In this document: positions 1 through 7,704 of the stretch, piece after piece
How the letters are laid out: each line of letters starts with the position of its first letter
Position numbering within the stretch: the stretch's first letter is position 1
From: a virus
Length of the DNA stretch: 64,000 nt
IMG/VR virus record: IMGVR_UViG_3300045988_157201
Strand: one strand, 5' to 3'
Notes under the pieces: model-generated
What the model saw: the letters and a program-made list of their open reading frames with translations, nothing else
What the model was told of the DNA's origin: nothing
Databases searched by the model: none
Made by a program: the position numbers and the translations under genes

Positions 1-32
1 TGGTAACTATAAAAAGAATAATTAAGAAAAGT

Positions 33-278
33 ATGGCACAAGATACTGTGAATCTAAAATTCTTTAAGTGTAATGCTTGTAAATGTATTTTTGAAACAAC
101 TATAGATGATTGTGATTGGGTTTGCCCAATTAATTCTGCAACTACAGTTTTTATATCACTTTGCCCGTCTTGTGGGAAAGTATGTTATAAAGAAGAAATA
201 AAGGAACAAACAATAAGAGAAAAAGAACTTGAAATAAACGAACTCAAGAAAAGAAATGAAGAAAAGGAAACAATTTGA
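33..278 (+). CDS. small Cys-rich zinc-ribbon-like protein
   Basis: 81-aa ORF with paired cysteines (CNACKC, CDWVCP, CPSCGKVC). TGA stop overlaps the TTG start of the next ORF. Confidence 0.45.
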   Translation: MAQDTVNLKFFKCNACKCIFETTIDDCDWVCPINSATTVFISLCPSCGKVCYKEEIKEQTIREKELEINELKKRNEEKETI

Positions 279-520
279 TAAAAATAGAAAATGAATGTGT
301 AGATTGTCCTAAAGAAATAGGTTGTATTGGCGACCTATGCCCTTACAAAAATGTTACACGATATTATTGCGATTGTTGTGAGCAAGAGAGTGAACTATAC
401 AATTTTGACGGAGAAGAGTTGTGCGAGGATTGCGTAAGAGCAAGACTTAAAGAGTGTTTTGATGGTTATACACTTAAAGAACAGGCAGAAATATTAGGAC
501 TTGATTTGAGTAAAGCTTAA
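275..520 (+). CDS. small Cys-rich protein
   Basis: 81-aa ORF with CVDCP, CPY, CDCC, CEDC cysteine pairs. TTG start coupled to the upstream stop (TTGA). Confidence 0.45.
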   Translation: MIKIENECVDCPKEIGCIGDLCPYKNVTRYYCDCCEQESELYNFDGEELCEDCVRARLKECFDGYTLKEQAEILGLDLSKA

Positions 521-561
521 ACATTAAATAAAATACAATTTAAAATAAAGGAGAATAATTA

Positions 562-1209
562 ATGCTTTATTTAACAGATTTAAGTTTAAAATATGCAATA
601 GATATATGTTTAACAAAGCCAAAATATGTAGTGTATATTGCAGAACTTGATGATATTAGTATTAAAAAAACTTTTTATTATTTACTTGGTAAAATCACTG
701 ATGATTCAATTGCCGGCAAAGGATTTACTAATACATTTGGTGAAATCGACTTTCGGAATGGGAGTTACATCCGTGTTATTGATGCGTCAACAACAGCAAA
801 ATATAATCATTGCCACTTGCTAATTGTTGATAATAAAATTGACATTGATACAAGGGAAATATTAAAAGCATTTGAAATAAGAAATTATGATAAAGAAAAA
901 GAAATTGAAGAAAAATTTAATAAGGAAACAAAAGGAGAACAACTTATGAATATAGTACAGGTTAATTTTATTAATAGTATTACGCAGAAAAGATATACAT
1001 ATAAAGTTCCAAACGGCATTAGCCTTAACAAAGGTGATATTATTCGAGTGAGAAATAAAGACGGTAAAGAAGCTATTGCCGTTTGTGCAACCGATAGTGA
1101 AAATCTTTCTGATAATGCCGTTGATATGGTTATGGACGGTCTTGATGTATTGAGCGATGTTATAGGTGTTTATAACTTAGTTAAATTTCAGGAGACGACT
1201 AATGAGTAA
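562..1209 (+). CDS. hypothetical protein
   Basis: 215-aa ORF with AAGGAG about 8 nt upstream of the ATG. Its stop overlaps the start of the next gene (ATGAGTAA). No motif recognised. Confidence 0.5.
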   Translation: MLYLTDLSLKYAIDICLTKPKYVVYIAELDDISIKKTFYYLLGKITDDSIAGKGFTNTFGEIDFRNGSYIRVIDASTTAKYNHCHLLIVDNKIDIDTREILKAFEIRNYDKEKEIEEKFNKETKGEQLMNIVQVNFINSITQKRYTYKVPNGISLNKGDIIRVRNKDGKEAIAVCATDSENLSDNAVDMVMDGLDVLSDVIGVYNLVKFQETTNE

Positions 1210-1777
1210 TGGGTTTAAGAATGAAAATGATGAAATAAAAGACAACTTAAAAGCAGAGAACAGAATTGATAATGATAATGAACTATATTCTTATATAAAA
1301 GATTTTGCAATATTAAAATTAGAAAGCGAGACTAAACGAGAGAATTTTTTAATTCGACAATCAACGAGTTTACAGATAATATCTTTGTTTACAATAATTG
1401 CTTTGTTTATAACGGCACCTACTATTATTGAGTATCGTGGTAAAATACCCCTTGAGTTTTTATTATTTTCGTTTTCAATAATTACAATATTTTTATTGAT
1501 TAGTTTACTATTCGCTTTGTTGGTACAAAAGAAAGAATTACAGGCAGCCCTTCCTGATGTAGATGTATTTATGCAACATATGATAGACAACTATGAAATT
1601 TATTTGTCGTCTATTCAGCGAGATAGAGCGTTTACTGAACTTGTAGGGAAAGTGCAAAAATGCAAAAACAAAATAAATAACAAAAGAACAAAAAAGATTG
1701 ACTGGTCTATGTGGTTATTTTATGCAGCGTTATTTTTAATAATTATTTTTATTGGTTCGTACATAATGTGTAGATAA
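1202..1777 (+). CDS. multi-TM membrane protein
   Basis: 191-aa ORF: polar N-terminus, hydrophobic hairpin (LQIISLFTIIALFITAPTII and FLLFSFSIITIFLLISLLFALLV), helical linker, C-terminal TM (MWLFYAALFLIIIFIGSYI). Translationally coupled to 562-1209. Confidence 0.5.
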   Translation: MSNGFKNENDEIKDNLKAENRIDNDNELYSYIKDFAILKLESETKRENFLIRQSTSLQIISLFTIIALFITAPTIIEYRGKIPLEFLLFSFSIITIFLLISLLFALLVQKKELQAALPDVDVFMQHMIDNYEIYLSSIQRDRAFTELVGKVQKCKNKINNKRTKKIDWSMWLFYAALFLIIIFIGSYIMCR

Positions 1778-1819
1778 AAAAATAATACAATGAAATGTAA
1801 CAAAGGAGAATGATAAATA

Positions 1820-2926
1820 ATTAATAAAAAACTAAAAGTTCTAAGCCTGTTTGACGGAATTAGTTGTGGAATGATAGCTTTACGAAAGGCTAATATTCCT
1901 GTTGAAAGTTATGATGCTTATGAAATTGATAAATATGCCATTAAAGTATCAGAACATAATTTTCCAGAAATAAAGCAACACGGTGATGTGTTTAATGCTG
2001 ATTTTAGTCAATACAATGGCATAGATATTCTTATGGGGGGGTCGCCTTGCACTTATTGGTCGATTGCTCAAAGAAAGAATAGAGAAACAGAATCAAGTGG
2101 TCTTGGCTGGAACTTGTTTCAGCAATACATAAAAGCACTTAAAGAAACTAAGCCAAAATATTTTATATATGAGAATAATTATTCAATGAGTAAATCCATA
2201 AGAGATAGTATAGATAAATCTTTTGGAATTGAGAGTATAATGATTAACTCAGCTTTAGTATCAGCACAACAGCGTAAACGCTTATATTGGGGTGGCAAAA
2301 GGAATGATGATGGTAGCTATAGTAGGGTAGACATTAAACAACCTATTGATAAAGGCTTAGTTGTGAATGACATTCTCGACAGTGGAACATCTTGGACTGA
2401 TAAAAGCTATTGCTTAACAGCGAGCTATAATGGTGCTGTAGCTTGGAATACGATTGAAAGAAAACAAAGAACTATGATAGCTGAATCTGTTAATTTTGAT
2501 ATTTCAACACCTACAAAAGTTGGAGCAATGCCAAGACCTAATGGGGAATTAAGTAAAAGTCAAGGTTTGAGATTATACTCGACTGATACAAAAGGTGTCT
2601 GTTTAATGAGCAATGGCGGTGGATTAGGTGCCAAAACAGGGTTATACGCAATACCTCAATTTGAAAATAATCTTAAAAAAGATACTATTTATGAAGTAAT
2701 AAACAAGACAATTAACATTAAAGGTAAAAATTATCCGATAAACTTAAAAGACGGATATTATACAATAAGGAAATTAAGTGTGAGTGAAGCAAAAAGGTTA
2801 CAAACTATACCTGAATGGTTTGATATGAGTGTGATTAGTAATAATCAAGCATATAAATGTTTAGGCAATGGTTGGACTGTTGATGTTATTGCTCATATAT
2901 TGGAAAATATTAAGGAAAATTTATGA
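1820..2926 (+). CDS. DNA (cytosine-5)-methyltransferase
   Basis: Motifs: LFDGISCG (motif I), GGSPCTYWS (PC catalytic motif IV), ENN (motif VI), QRKRLYW (motif VIII), GNGWTVDV (motif X). Motif I lies upstream of the first ATG (1871), so an ATT (1820) or ATA (1817) start after GGAGA (1805-1809) is inferred. Confidence 0.85.
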   Translation: MNKKLKVLSLFDGISCGMIALRKANIPVESYDAYEIDKYAIKVSEHNFPEIKQHGDVFNADFSQYNGIDILMGGSPCTYWSIAQRKNRETESSGLGWNLFQQYIKALKETKPKYFIYENNYSMSKSIRDSIDKSFGIESIMINSALVSAQQRKRLYWGGKRNDDGSYSRVDIKQPIDKGLVVNDILDSGTSWTDKSYCLTASYNGAVAWNTIERKQRTMIAESVNFDISTPTKVGAMPRPNGELSKSQGLRLYSTDTKGVCLMSNGGGLGAKTGLYAIPQFENNLKKDTIYEVINKTINIKGKNYPINLKDGYYTIRKLSVSEAKRLQTIPEWFDMSVISNNQAYKCLGNGWTVDVIAHILENIKENL

Positions 2927-3171
2927 TAAAGAAACTATTATGCATATTATATGGGTTGTTCTCATATGCAGTTTTCATTTTACTTATTTTTGCTCTTCTA
3001 CTTAATATTATCGCTTTAATTGTAAATGCGAGCATTGATAATAACTTTACTGTAAGTATATGGGAATGTGTTTTGCTACCATTTATCATATACTTTGCAG
3101 TTAGATATTATCGTCCTTGTTATCCTCGTTGTTTAAACCAATCTAATAAATTATTACATAAAAGGAGATAA
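2923..3171 (+). CDS. small membrane protein
   Basis: 82-aa ORF with two long hydrophobic segments. ATGA overlap with the MTase stop. Confidence 0.45.
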   Translation: MIKKLLCILYGLFSYAVFILLIFALLLNIIALIVNASIDNNFTVSIWECVLLPFIIYFAVRYYRPCYPRCLNQSNKLLHKRR

Positions 3172-3172
3172 A

Positions 3173-3745
3173 ATGAACAAACAAATTTTTATTATTAATG
3201 GTTCTGGTGGAGTAGGTAAAGATACATTTTGTAGAATGGTAGAAGAGTCCTTGCCTTTATTTGCGGACAAGTTTGACGGTGTGAGAATTATGCCTGTAAA
3301 AACAATTTCATCAGTAGACCAAATTAAAGAAATTGCAGAATTTGTAGGTTGGAACGCTAAATTTAAAACCGAAAAAGATAGAAAATTCCTATCCGACCTC
3401 AAAGACCTATGTAGTGAGTATAGTGATTTTTCATTTAATTATATGGCTATACAAGTTGAATCATTCAGAGAAAGCAACAGATATGTGTTATTTATACATA
3501 TCAGAGAGCCAAAAGAAATAGAAAGAGCAAAACAGGCGTTTAATGCTAAAACAATCCTTATTAAGCGTGATAATGTAAAACATATTACTTCCAATAAGGC
3601 TGACAGAGAAGTATTTGATTATGACTACGATATTGTAATTAATAATAACGGAAGTAAAGATGAACTTCTTGATGTCGCTGAAGAATTTTGCGAGGACTTA
3701 TTGAATAACACACTTAAAAGTGAATATCAAAGTAAGGAGAATTGA
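3173..3745 (+). CDS. P-loop kinase, dNMP-kinase-like
   Basis: N-terminal Walker A (INGSGGVGKDTF), about 190 aa, strong AAGGAGA RBS. Sits next to ThyX-like and dUTPase genes. Confidence 0.5.
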   Translation: MNKQIFIINGSGGVGKDTFCRMVEESLPLFADKFDGVRIMPVKTISSVDQIKEIAEFVGWNAKFKTEKDRKFLSDLKDLCSEYSDFSFNYMAIQVESFRESNRYVLFIHIREPKEIERAKQAFNAKTILIKRDNVKHITSNKADREVFDYDYDIVINNNGSKDELLDVAEEFCEDLLNNTLKSEYQSKEN

Positions 3746-4426
3746 ATGGGCAAAGTAATTATTTTACCAGAAACAACTAAAAATCCAATTACATTGATTG
3801 GTGAAAGAGCCGGTTATTGTTGGGGTGGTGATGTGTCAAACCCCGAAAAAAATTATAAACGGGGTCTTGATTGCATTAAATCAAACCACGGCAGAACTTT
3901 TGAGTTTGTAAATATTGAAACTGTTATCACAGGTTATTCAGCAAGAGTTATTCGTGAGTGGTACACACATATTGGCGGTAGTCCTACAAGGCTACAAGAA
4001 AGTACAAGATATGTTGATGGTACTAATTTTGATTATGTAATACCACCAAGTATTGCAAGTATTAAATCAAACGAAGCTTTAGAATATTATCATAATGCAA
4101 TGATGACAATAAAAGAAGCTGTCACAAATCTTAAGTTTTGTGGTGTTCCAAAAGAAGATTACGCTATGCTACTTCCTTTAGGTATGAAAACAACTATTGT
4201 TGACAAGAGAAATTTAAGAAATATTGTTGATATGTCAAGACAAAGAGAGTGTAATAGAGCGTATTGGGAATACAGGAATTTATTTGCAGATTACAAAAAG
4301 GAATTATCCAAATATTCTGATGAGTGGAAAACATTGGTTGATTTATTATTTATGCCTAAATGTGAAGTTTTTGGTTATTGTCCAGAAAAGAATAGTTGTG
4401 GCATAAAACCTAAATGCAAAGAGTGA
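3746..4426 (+). CDS. thyX: ThyX-family (flavin-dependent thymidylate synthase-like) protein, divergent signature
   Basis: NHGRTFEFVNIETVITGYSARVIREWYTHIGGSPTRLQESTRY and NLRNIVDMSRQRECNRAYWEYRNL resemble ThyX blocks. The canonical RHR of the ThyX motif reads THI here. Confidence 0.6.
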   Translation: MGKVIILPETTKNPITLIGERAGYCWGGDVSNPEKNYKRGLDCIKSNHGRTFEFVNIETVITGYSARVIREWYTHIGGSPTRLQESTRYVDGTNFDYVIPPSIASIKSNEALEYYHNAMMTIKEAVTNLKFCGVPKEDYAMLLPLGMKTTIVDKRNLRNIVDMSRQRECNRAYWEYRNLFADYKKELSKYSDEWKTLVDLLFMPKCEVFGYCPEKNSCGIKPKCKE

Positions 4427-4456
4427 TAACATAAAGAAGTTAAAGGGGTTGATAAT

Positions 4457-5077
4457 ATAGCAAAAGATTGGACAGGCAATTACAAGAGCGTTTATACAAC
4501 ATTAGGAGCAAGCAATCACACTGATAAAGAACGAGAAGAAAATGATTATTACGCTACCGAACCAAGAGCGACAGAATTATTACTTGAAGTTGAAAAGTTT
4601 TCCCCTGATATTTAGGAATGTGCTTGTGGAAGTGGAGAAATTTCCAAAGTTCTTGAAGATAATGGTTATAATGTAAAATCAACTGATATTGTTTATAGAG
4701 GTTTTGGAGAAGAACAGTCGATTGACTTTCTTAATTCAAAAGAAAATACACATGAAAATACATATGATGGTGATATTATCACCAATCCTCCATTTAAGTA
4801 CGCACTTGAATTTTGTCAGAAAGCATTAAGTATTATATCTAACGGACATAAAGTGGCAATGTTCTTAAAATTGCAGTTCTTAGAAGGTAAGAAAAGAAAA
4901 TCATTCTTCTTGGACAATCCGCCTAAAACTATTTATGTTTCAAGTTCAAGATTGTTGTGTGCTAAGAACGCTGACTTTCAACGAATGAGAGATGGTGGCG
5001 GTAGTGCAGTAGCTTACGCTTGGTATGTGTGGGAAAAGGGATATAAAGGTAATACAGTTATAAAGTGGATAAATTAA
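4457..5077 (+). pseudogene. N6-adenine DNA methyltransferase interrupted by an in-frame TAG, no canonical start
   Basis: One frame reads KDWTGN...YYATEPRATELLLEVEKFSPDI*ECACGSGEIS...DIITNPPFKY...AYAWYVWEKGYKG. TAG at 4613-4615 sits where relatives have Trp (IWEPACG). No ATG/GTG/TTG between the upstream stop (4427) and the conserved N-terminus. ATA at 4457 follows AAAGGGG. Confidence 0.65.
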
Positions 5078-5177
5078 AACGAGGGCTTGAAATGAGAATT
5101 TTAAGACAAGGAAACAAAAGCCAATACAATCCACCTGTATGATATTAATATAAAGAGTAAAGAAAGGAAAGATAAAT

Positions 5178-5531
5178 TTGAAAACTAATTCTTATAGATA
5201 TGTTAAAAAAGCAATACCGATTGAAGCCTTTAAGTACGAAGGTGATTTAAGTGCCAATAGTAAATATTGCGTTCCGAGTTGGGCTATCGAAGCATATGAA
5301 AACGGAATACTTTACTACAAAGAAACAGATGATAGTTCTTCGGAATTATTTGCAAAAACACTTGAGGGTGATATGCTTTGTGAAGTAGGTTGTTATATTA
5401 TACAAGGCGTTGAGGGTGAAATTTACCCGTGTAGAAGTGATATTTTTGATAAGACTTACGAAAAAGTGAAAAACGGTATTTCTTACAAACCTTATACTAA
5501 TGAAGAAGTTGTAGACAATGCGTTTGAGTAA
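5178..5531 (+). CDS. hypothetical protein
   Basis: 117-aa ORF, TTG start 6 nt after AAAGGAAAG. Confidence 0.45.
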   Translation: MKTNSYRYVKKAIPIEAFKYEGDLSANSKYCVPSWAIEAYENGILYYKETDDSSSELFAKTLEGDMLCEVGCYIIQGVEGEIYPCRSDIFDKTYEKVKNGISYKPYTNEEVVDNAFE

Positions 5532-5547
5532 GGAGTCCTAATACATA

Positions 5548-5739
5548 ATGACTTTATCTTTTATAGCAACAATTATTATAACTATTTTGTTTGTCATTAT
5601 AGGTATTAGCCTTGTTGGTTGGCAAATTAAAGAGAAAGCCTTTACAGGTGTAAATCGAGAAACAATACTTATTCTTGATTTATTATATTTTATAGAAGCG
5701 TTTGTTATATTATTAAACGCATATACAAATTTGAGGTGA
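5548..5739 (+). CDS. small membrane protein
   Basis: 63-aa ORF with two hydrophobic helices. GGAG upstream. Confidence 0.4.
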   Translation: MTLSFIATIIITILFVIIGISLVGWQIKEKAFTGVNRETILILDLLYFIEAFVILLNAYTNLR

Positions 5740-5761
5740 TTGTACGGGAATAGGAGAAATA

Positions 5762-6043
5762 ATGCTTTTAATTTTAATAGTTGTCCTTATAGTATTGATG
5801 CTTATAGATTATTTTGCGGACGAAAATAGAAAAAAGAACAGCCACAACAAATATAATAAAAATTTTTCTGAAGAAAAGTATGGATTTACTGTTGTAAGTC
5901 ACAATTCTTTGTTTGAATTCTATGAAGTGTATGATAATGAAACTAAGGTAATGTATGTAATCTCTGACGATTATCACAACGAGGGGTCTATTACTCTTCT
6001 TGTTGACGAAAACGGCAAACCTAAACTATATAAAGAAAATTAA
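5762..6043 (+). CDS. small N-terminally anchored protein
   Basis: 93-aa ORF with N-terminal TM (LLILIVVLIVLMLI). AGGAGA RBS upstream. Confidence 0.4.
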   Translation: MLLILIVVLIVLMLIDYFADENRKKNSHNKYNKNFSEEKYGFTVVSHNSLFEFYEVYDNETKVMYVISDDYHNEGSITLLVDENGKPKLYKEN

Positions 6044-6080
6044 AAACAATAAAACCTTCAAAAAAAAGAAAGAGGTGGTT

Positions 6081-6308
6081 ATGATTTCTCACAAACATTC
6101 AAAACCAAAATATTCAAATCAGCAAATACATCTATCGTCAGCAAAAAAACATTATTTAAGTTTTGATGAAGTTGGGCGTATTTATAAGGTTTGTGACGAT
6201 TATAACATTAGATTGAAATGGCATCAAAAAGTAAGGCTGTTCTTTATTGGAATTATTCCAAACAAGATATTCAACAAACTTTACGACTTTAAACATTTAA
6301 AATATTAA
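6081..6308 (+). CDS. small basic protein
   Basis: Start moved to the internal ATG (MISHKHSK) preceded by AGAGGTGG. The upstream part of the 6000-6308 ORF overlaps the previous gene. Confidence 0.4.
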   Translation: MISHKHSKPKYSNQQIHLSSAKKHYLSFDEVGRIYKVCDDYNIRLKWHQKVRLFFIGIIPNKIFNKLYDFKHLKY

Positions 6309-6505
6309 AGTTGTTATATTATAATATTGTAAGTGATTCAATAAACTTAAAATATGATACAATAAGCAGAACTTACATATAAGCGCTTGCATTTGGGTTA
6401 TATTACATTTTGTTTCAATTAATAAAATAACACTATCAAAATGTAAAAACACAATACAAGTAAAATACAAAGTAAATAACTTCATTTAAGAAAGGATAAA
6501 CACAT

Positions 6506-6952
6506 ATGAAAGTAAATATAAAGAAAATTAATTCAAATGCAACAACTCCGACCTATGGTTCAACCGAAGCAGCAGGACTTGATTTATATGCTTTGATTGA
6601 TACAGAAACTAATTCCTTATTTATTCCGTCACATACAACGGTAAAAATTAATACAGGTATTGCAATGGAAATTCCAAAAGGCTATTTTGGTGCAGTATAT
6701 GCTCGTAGTGGTTTAAGTATCAAGAATGGTCTTAGACCTGCAAATTGTGTTGGTGTTATTGATAGTGACTATCGTGGTGAAATTATTGTAGCACTATACA
6801 ATGACTCTATGGAAGATAGAATTGTTTATAATGGTGACAGGATTGCTCAGATTGTAATTACACCATATCTTCATATCGAGCCTAACGAAGTAACTGAACT
6901 TTCAGATACAGAGCGTGGCGAGGGTGGTTTTGGCTCAACAGGTATGAAATAA
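6506..6952 (+). CDS. dut: dUTP diphosphatase (trimeric dUTPase)
   Basis: All five dUTPase motifs: AAGLDL, ARSG, GVIDSDYRGEI, RIAQ, RGEGGFGSTG. RBS AAGAAAGGA. Confidence 0.9.
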   Translation: MKVNIKKINSNATTPTYGSTEAAGLDLYALIDTETNSLFIPSHTTVKINTGIAMEIPKGYFGAVYARSGLSIKNGLRPANCVGVIDSDYRGEIIVALYNDSMEDRIVYNGDRIAQIVITPYLHIEPNEVTELSDTERGEGGFGSTGMK

Positions 6953-6981
6953 AAAAATCAAGTAAATTGTGGTATTAGTTT

Positions 6982-7200
6982 ATGGATAAAATGATTTTTA
7001 CAGTTAAAGAAGTTTCAGAGATAATTCATACCAATCAAACATATGTATATTCATTAATTAAATCAGGTTTGCTACCAGCTTTAAAGCTCGGTTCATATAA
7101 AATACGGAAAGAAACTTTGGCTAAATTTCTTGAAGATTACGAAGGTTGTGACTTGACAAACCCCTTTGAATATGTGTATAATAAACAAGCACATAGTTGA
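6982..7200 (+). CDS. excisionase-like helix-turn-helix DNA-binding protein
   Basis: 72 aa. FTVKEVSEIIHTNQTYVYSLIKSGLLPALKLGSYKIRKETL matches the Xis/MerR-type HTH_17 pattern. It sits immediately before the attP-like region and faces int. Confidence 0.6.
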   Translation: MDKMIFTVKEVSEIIHTNQTYVYSLIKSGLLPALKLGSYKIRKETLAKFLEDYEGCDLTNPFEYVYNKQAHS

Positions 7201-7232
7201 TATTTACTGGCACTTACTATTACCACTCGTCT

Positions 7233-7617
7233 TTTTGGTGGACAATTTCCATATTCTCTTTTCTGTCCTCTTTTTGTCCACCAAAATTGAGTTGGCTTAA
7301 ATTATTACAGATTAAAATAAGTTATAATAAGTTATTCATTATTGGATTATTTGACTATTTTTGTGTGTTTAAAGTCATAATAAATTAGAATAAGTTATAA
7401 TAAATTAAAATCTGGAAAACGGTTTAAGAGTGGGTAATAACCCGATGGTAGGCGCTACAGTTGCATGTGCAGTTGCAGTTTACGAGGGATTAAATAAATA
7501 AATATAGCCACTTTTAAGGATAAACGATAATAATTACTACTTTACAATATATCTCATATACTATTTAAATCACCGTTTGTCCACCATTTGTCCACCAAAG
7601 AATAAGGGCGTGGACAA
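7233..7617. promoter_or_regulatory. attP-like recombination region (arm-type repeats plus GC-rich core candidate)
   Basis: Five copies of TTGTCCAC(C): 13-bp inverted pair TTTTGGTGGACAA (7233-7245) / TTGTCCACCAAAA (7274-7286), two direct copies (7576-7596), one inverted (7609-7617). ATAAGTTATAATAA repeated at 7327-7340 and 7400-7413. GC-rich island at 7410-7500. Confidence 0.5.
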
Positions 7618-7631
7618 ATGATAATACCACA

Positions 7632-7667
7632 TAAAAAAATAAGGAGTAGATTTAATTTCTACTCCTT
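7632..7667 (-). terminator. rho-independent terminator of int
   Basis: 10-bp perfect stem AAGGAGTAGA / TCTACTCCTT (7641-7650, 7658-7667) followed on the minus strand by a U-run (plus-strand A-run 7633-7639). Confidence 0.7.
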
Positions 7668-7704
7668 ATAATTTTGCCCTTTTGTTTCAATTTCTGTTTA
7701 ACAT

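Noticed and set aside
4613-4615. Genome-wide TAG (amber) stop-codon reassignment, as in some gut phages
   Set aside because: TAG is used as the apparent terminator of the Tal gene (15367-15369) and of the phosphoesterase gene (38555-38557). All long late ORFs, including the 1971-aa TMP, are uninterrupted in the standard code. No suppressor tRNA is visible. A single nonsense mutation is the simpler explanation.
6297-6485. Minus-strand 62-aa ORF upstream of dut
   Set aside because: It is isolated on the opposite strand in an AT-rich spacer, with no RBS and low-complexity sequence. The spacer more likely holds the dut promoter.
7197-7388. 63-aa ORF following the Xis-like gene
   Set aside because: It overlaps the inverted TTGTCCACC arm repeats of the attP-like region, has no RBS, and has a hydrophobic low-complexity translation. 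It is treated as non-coding.
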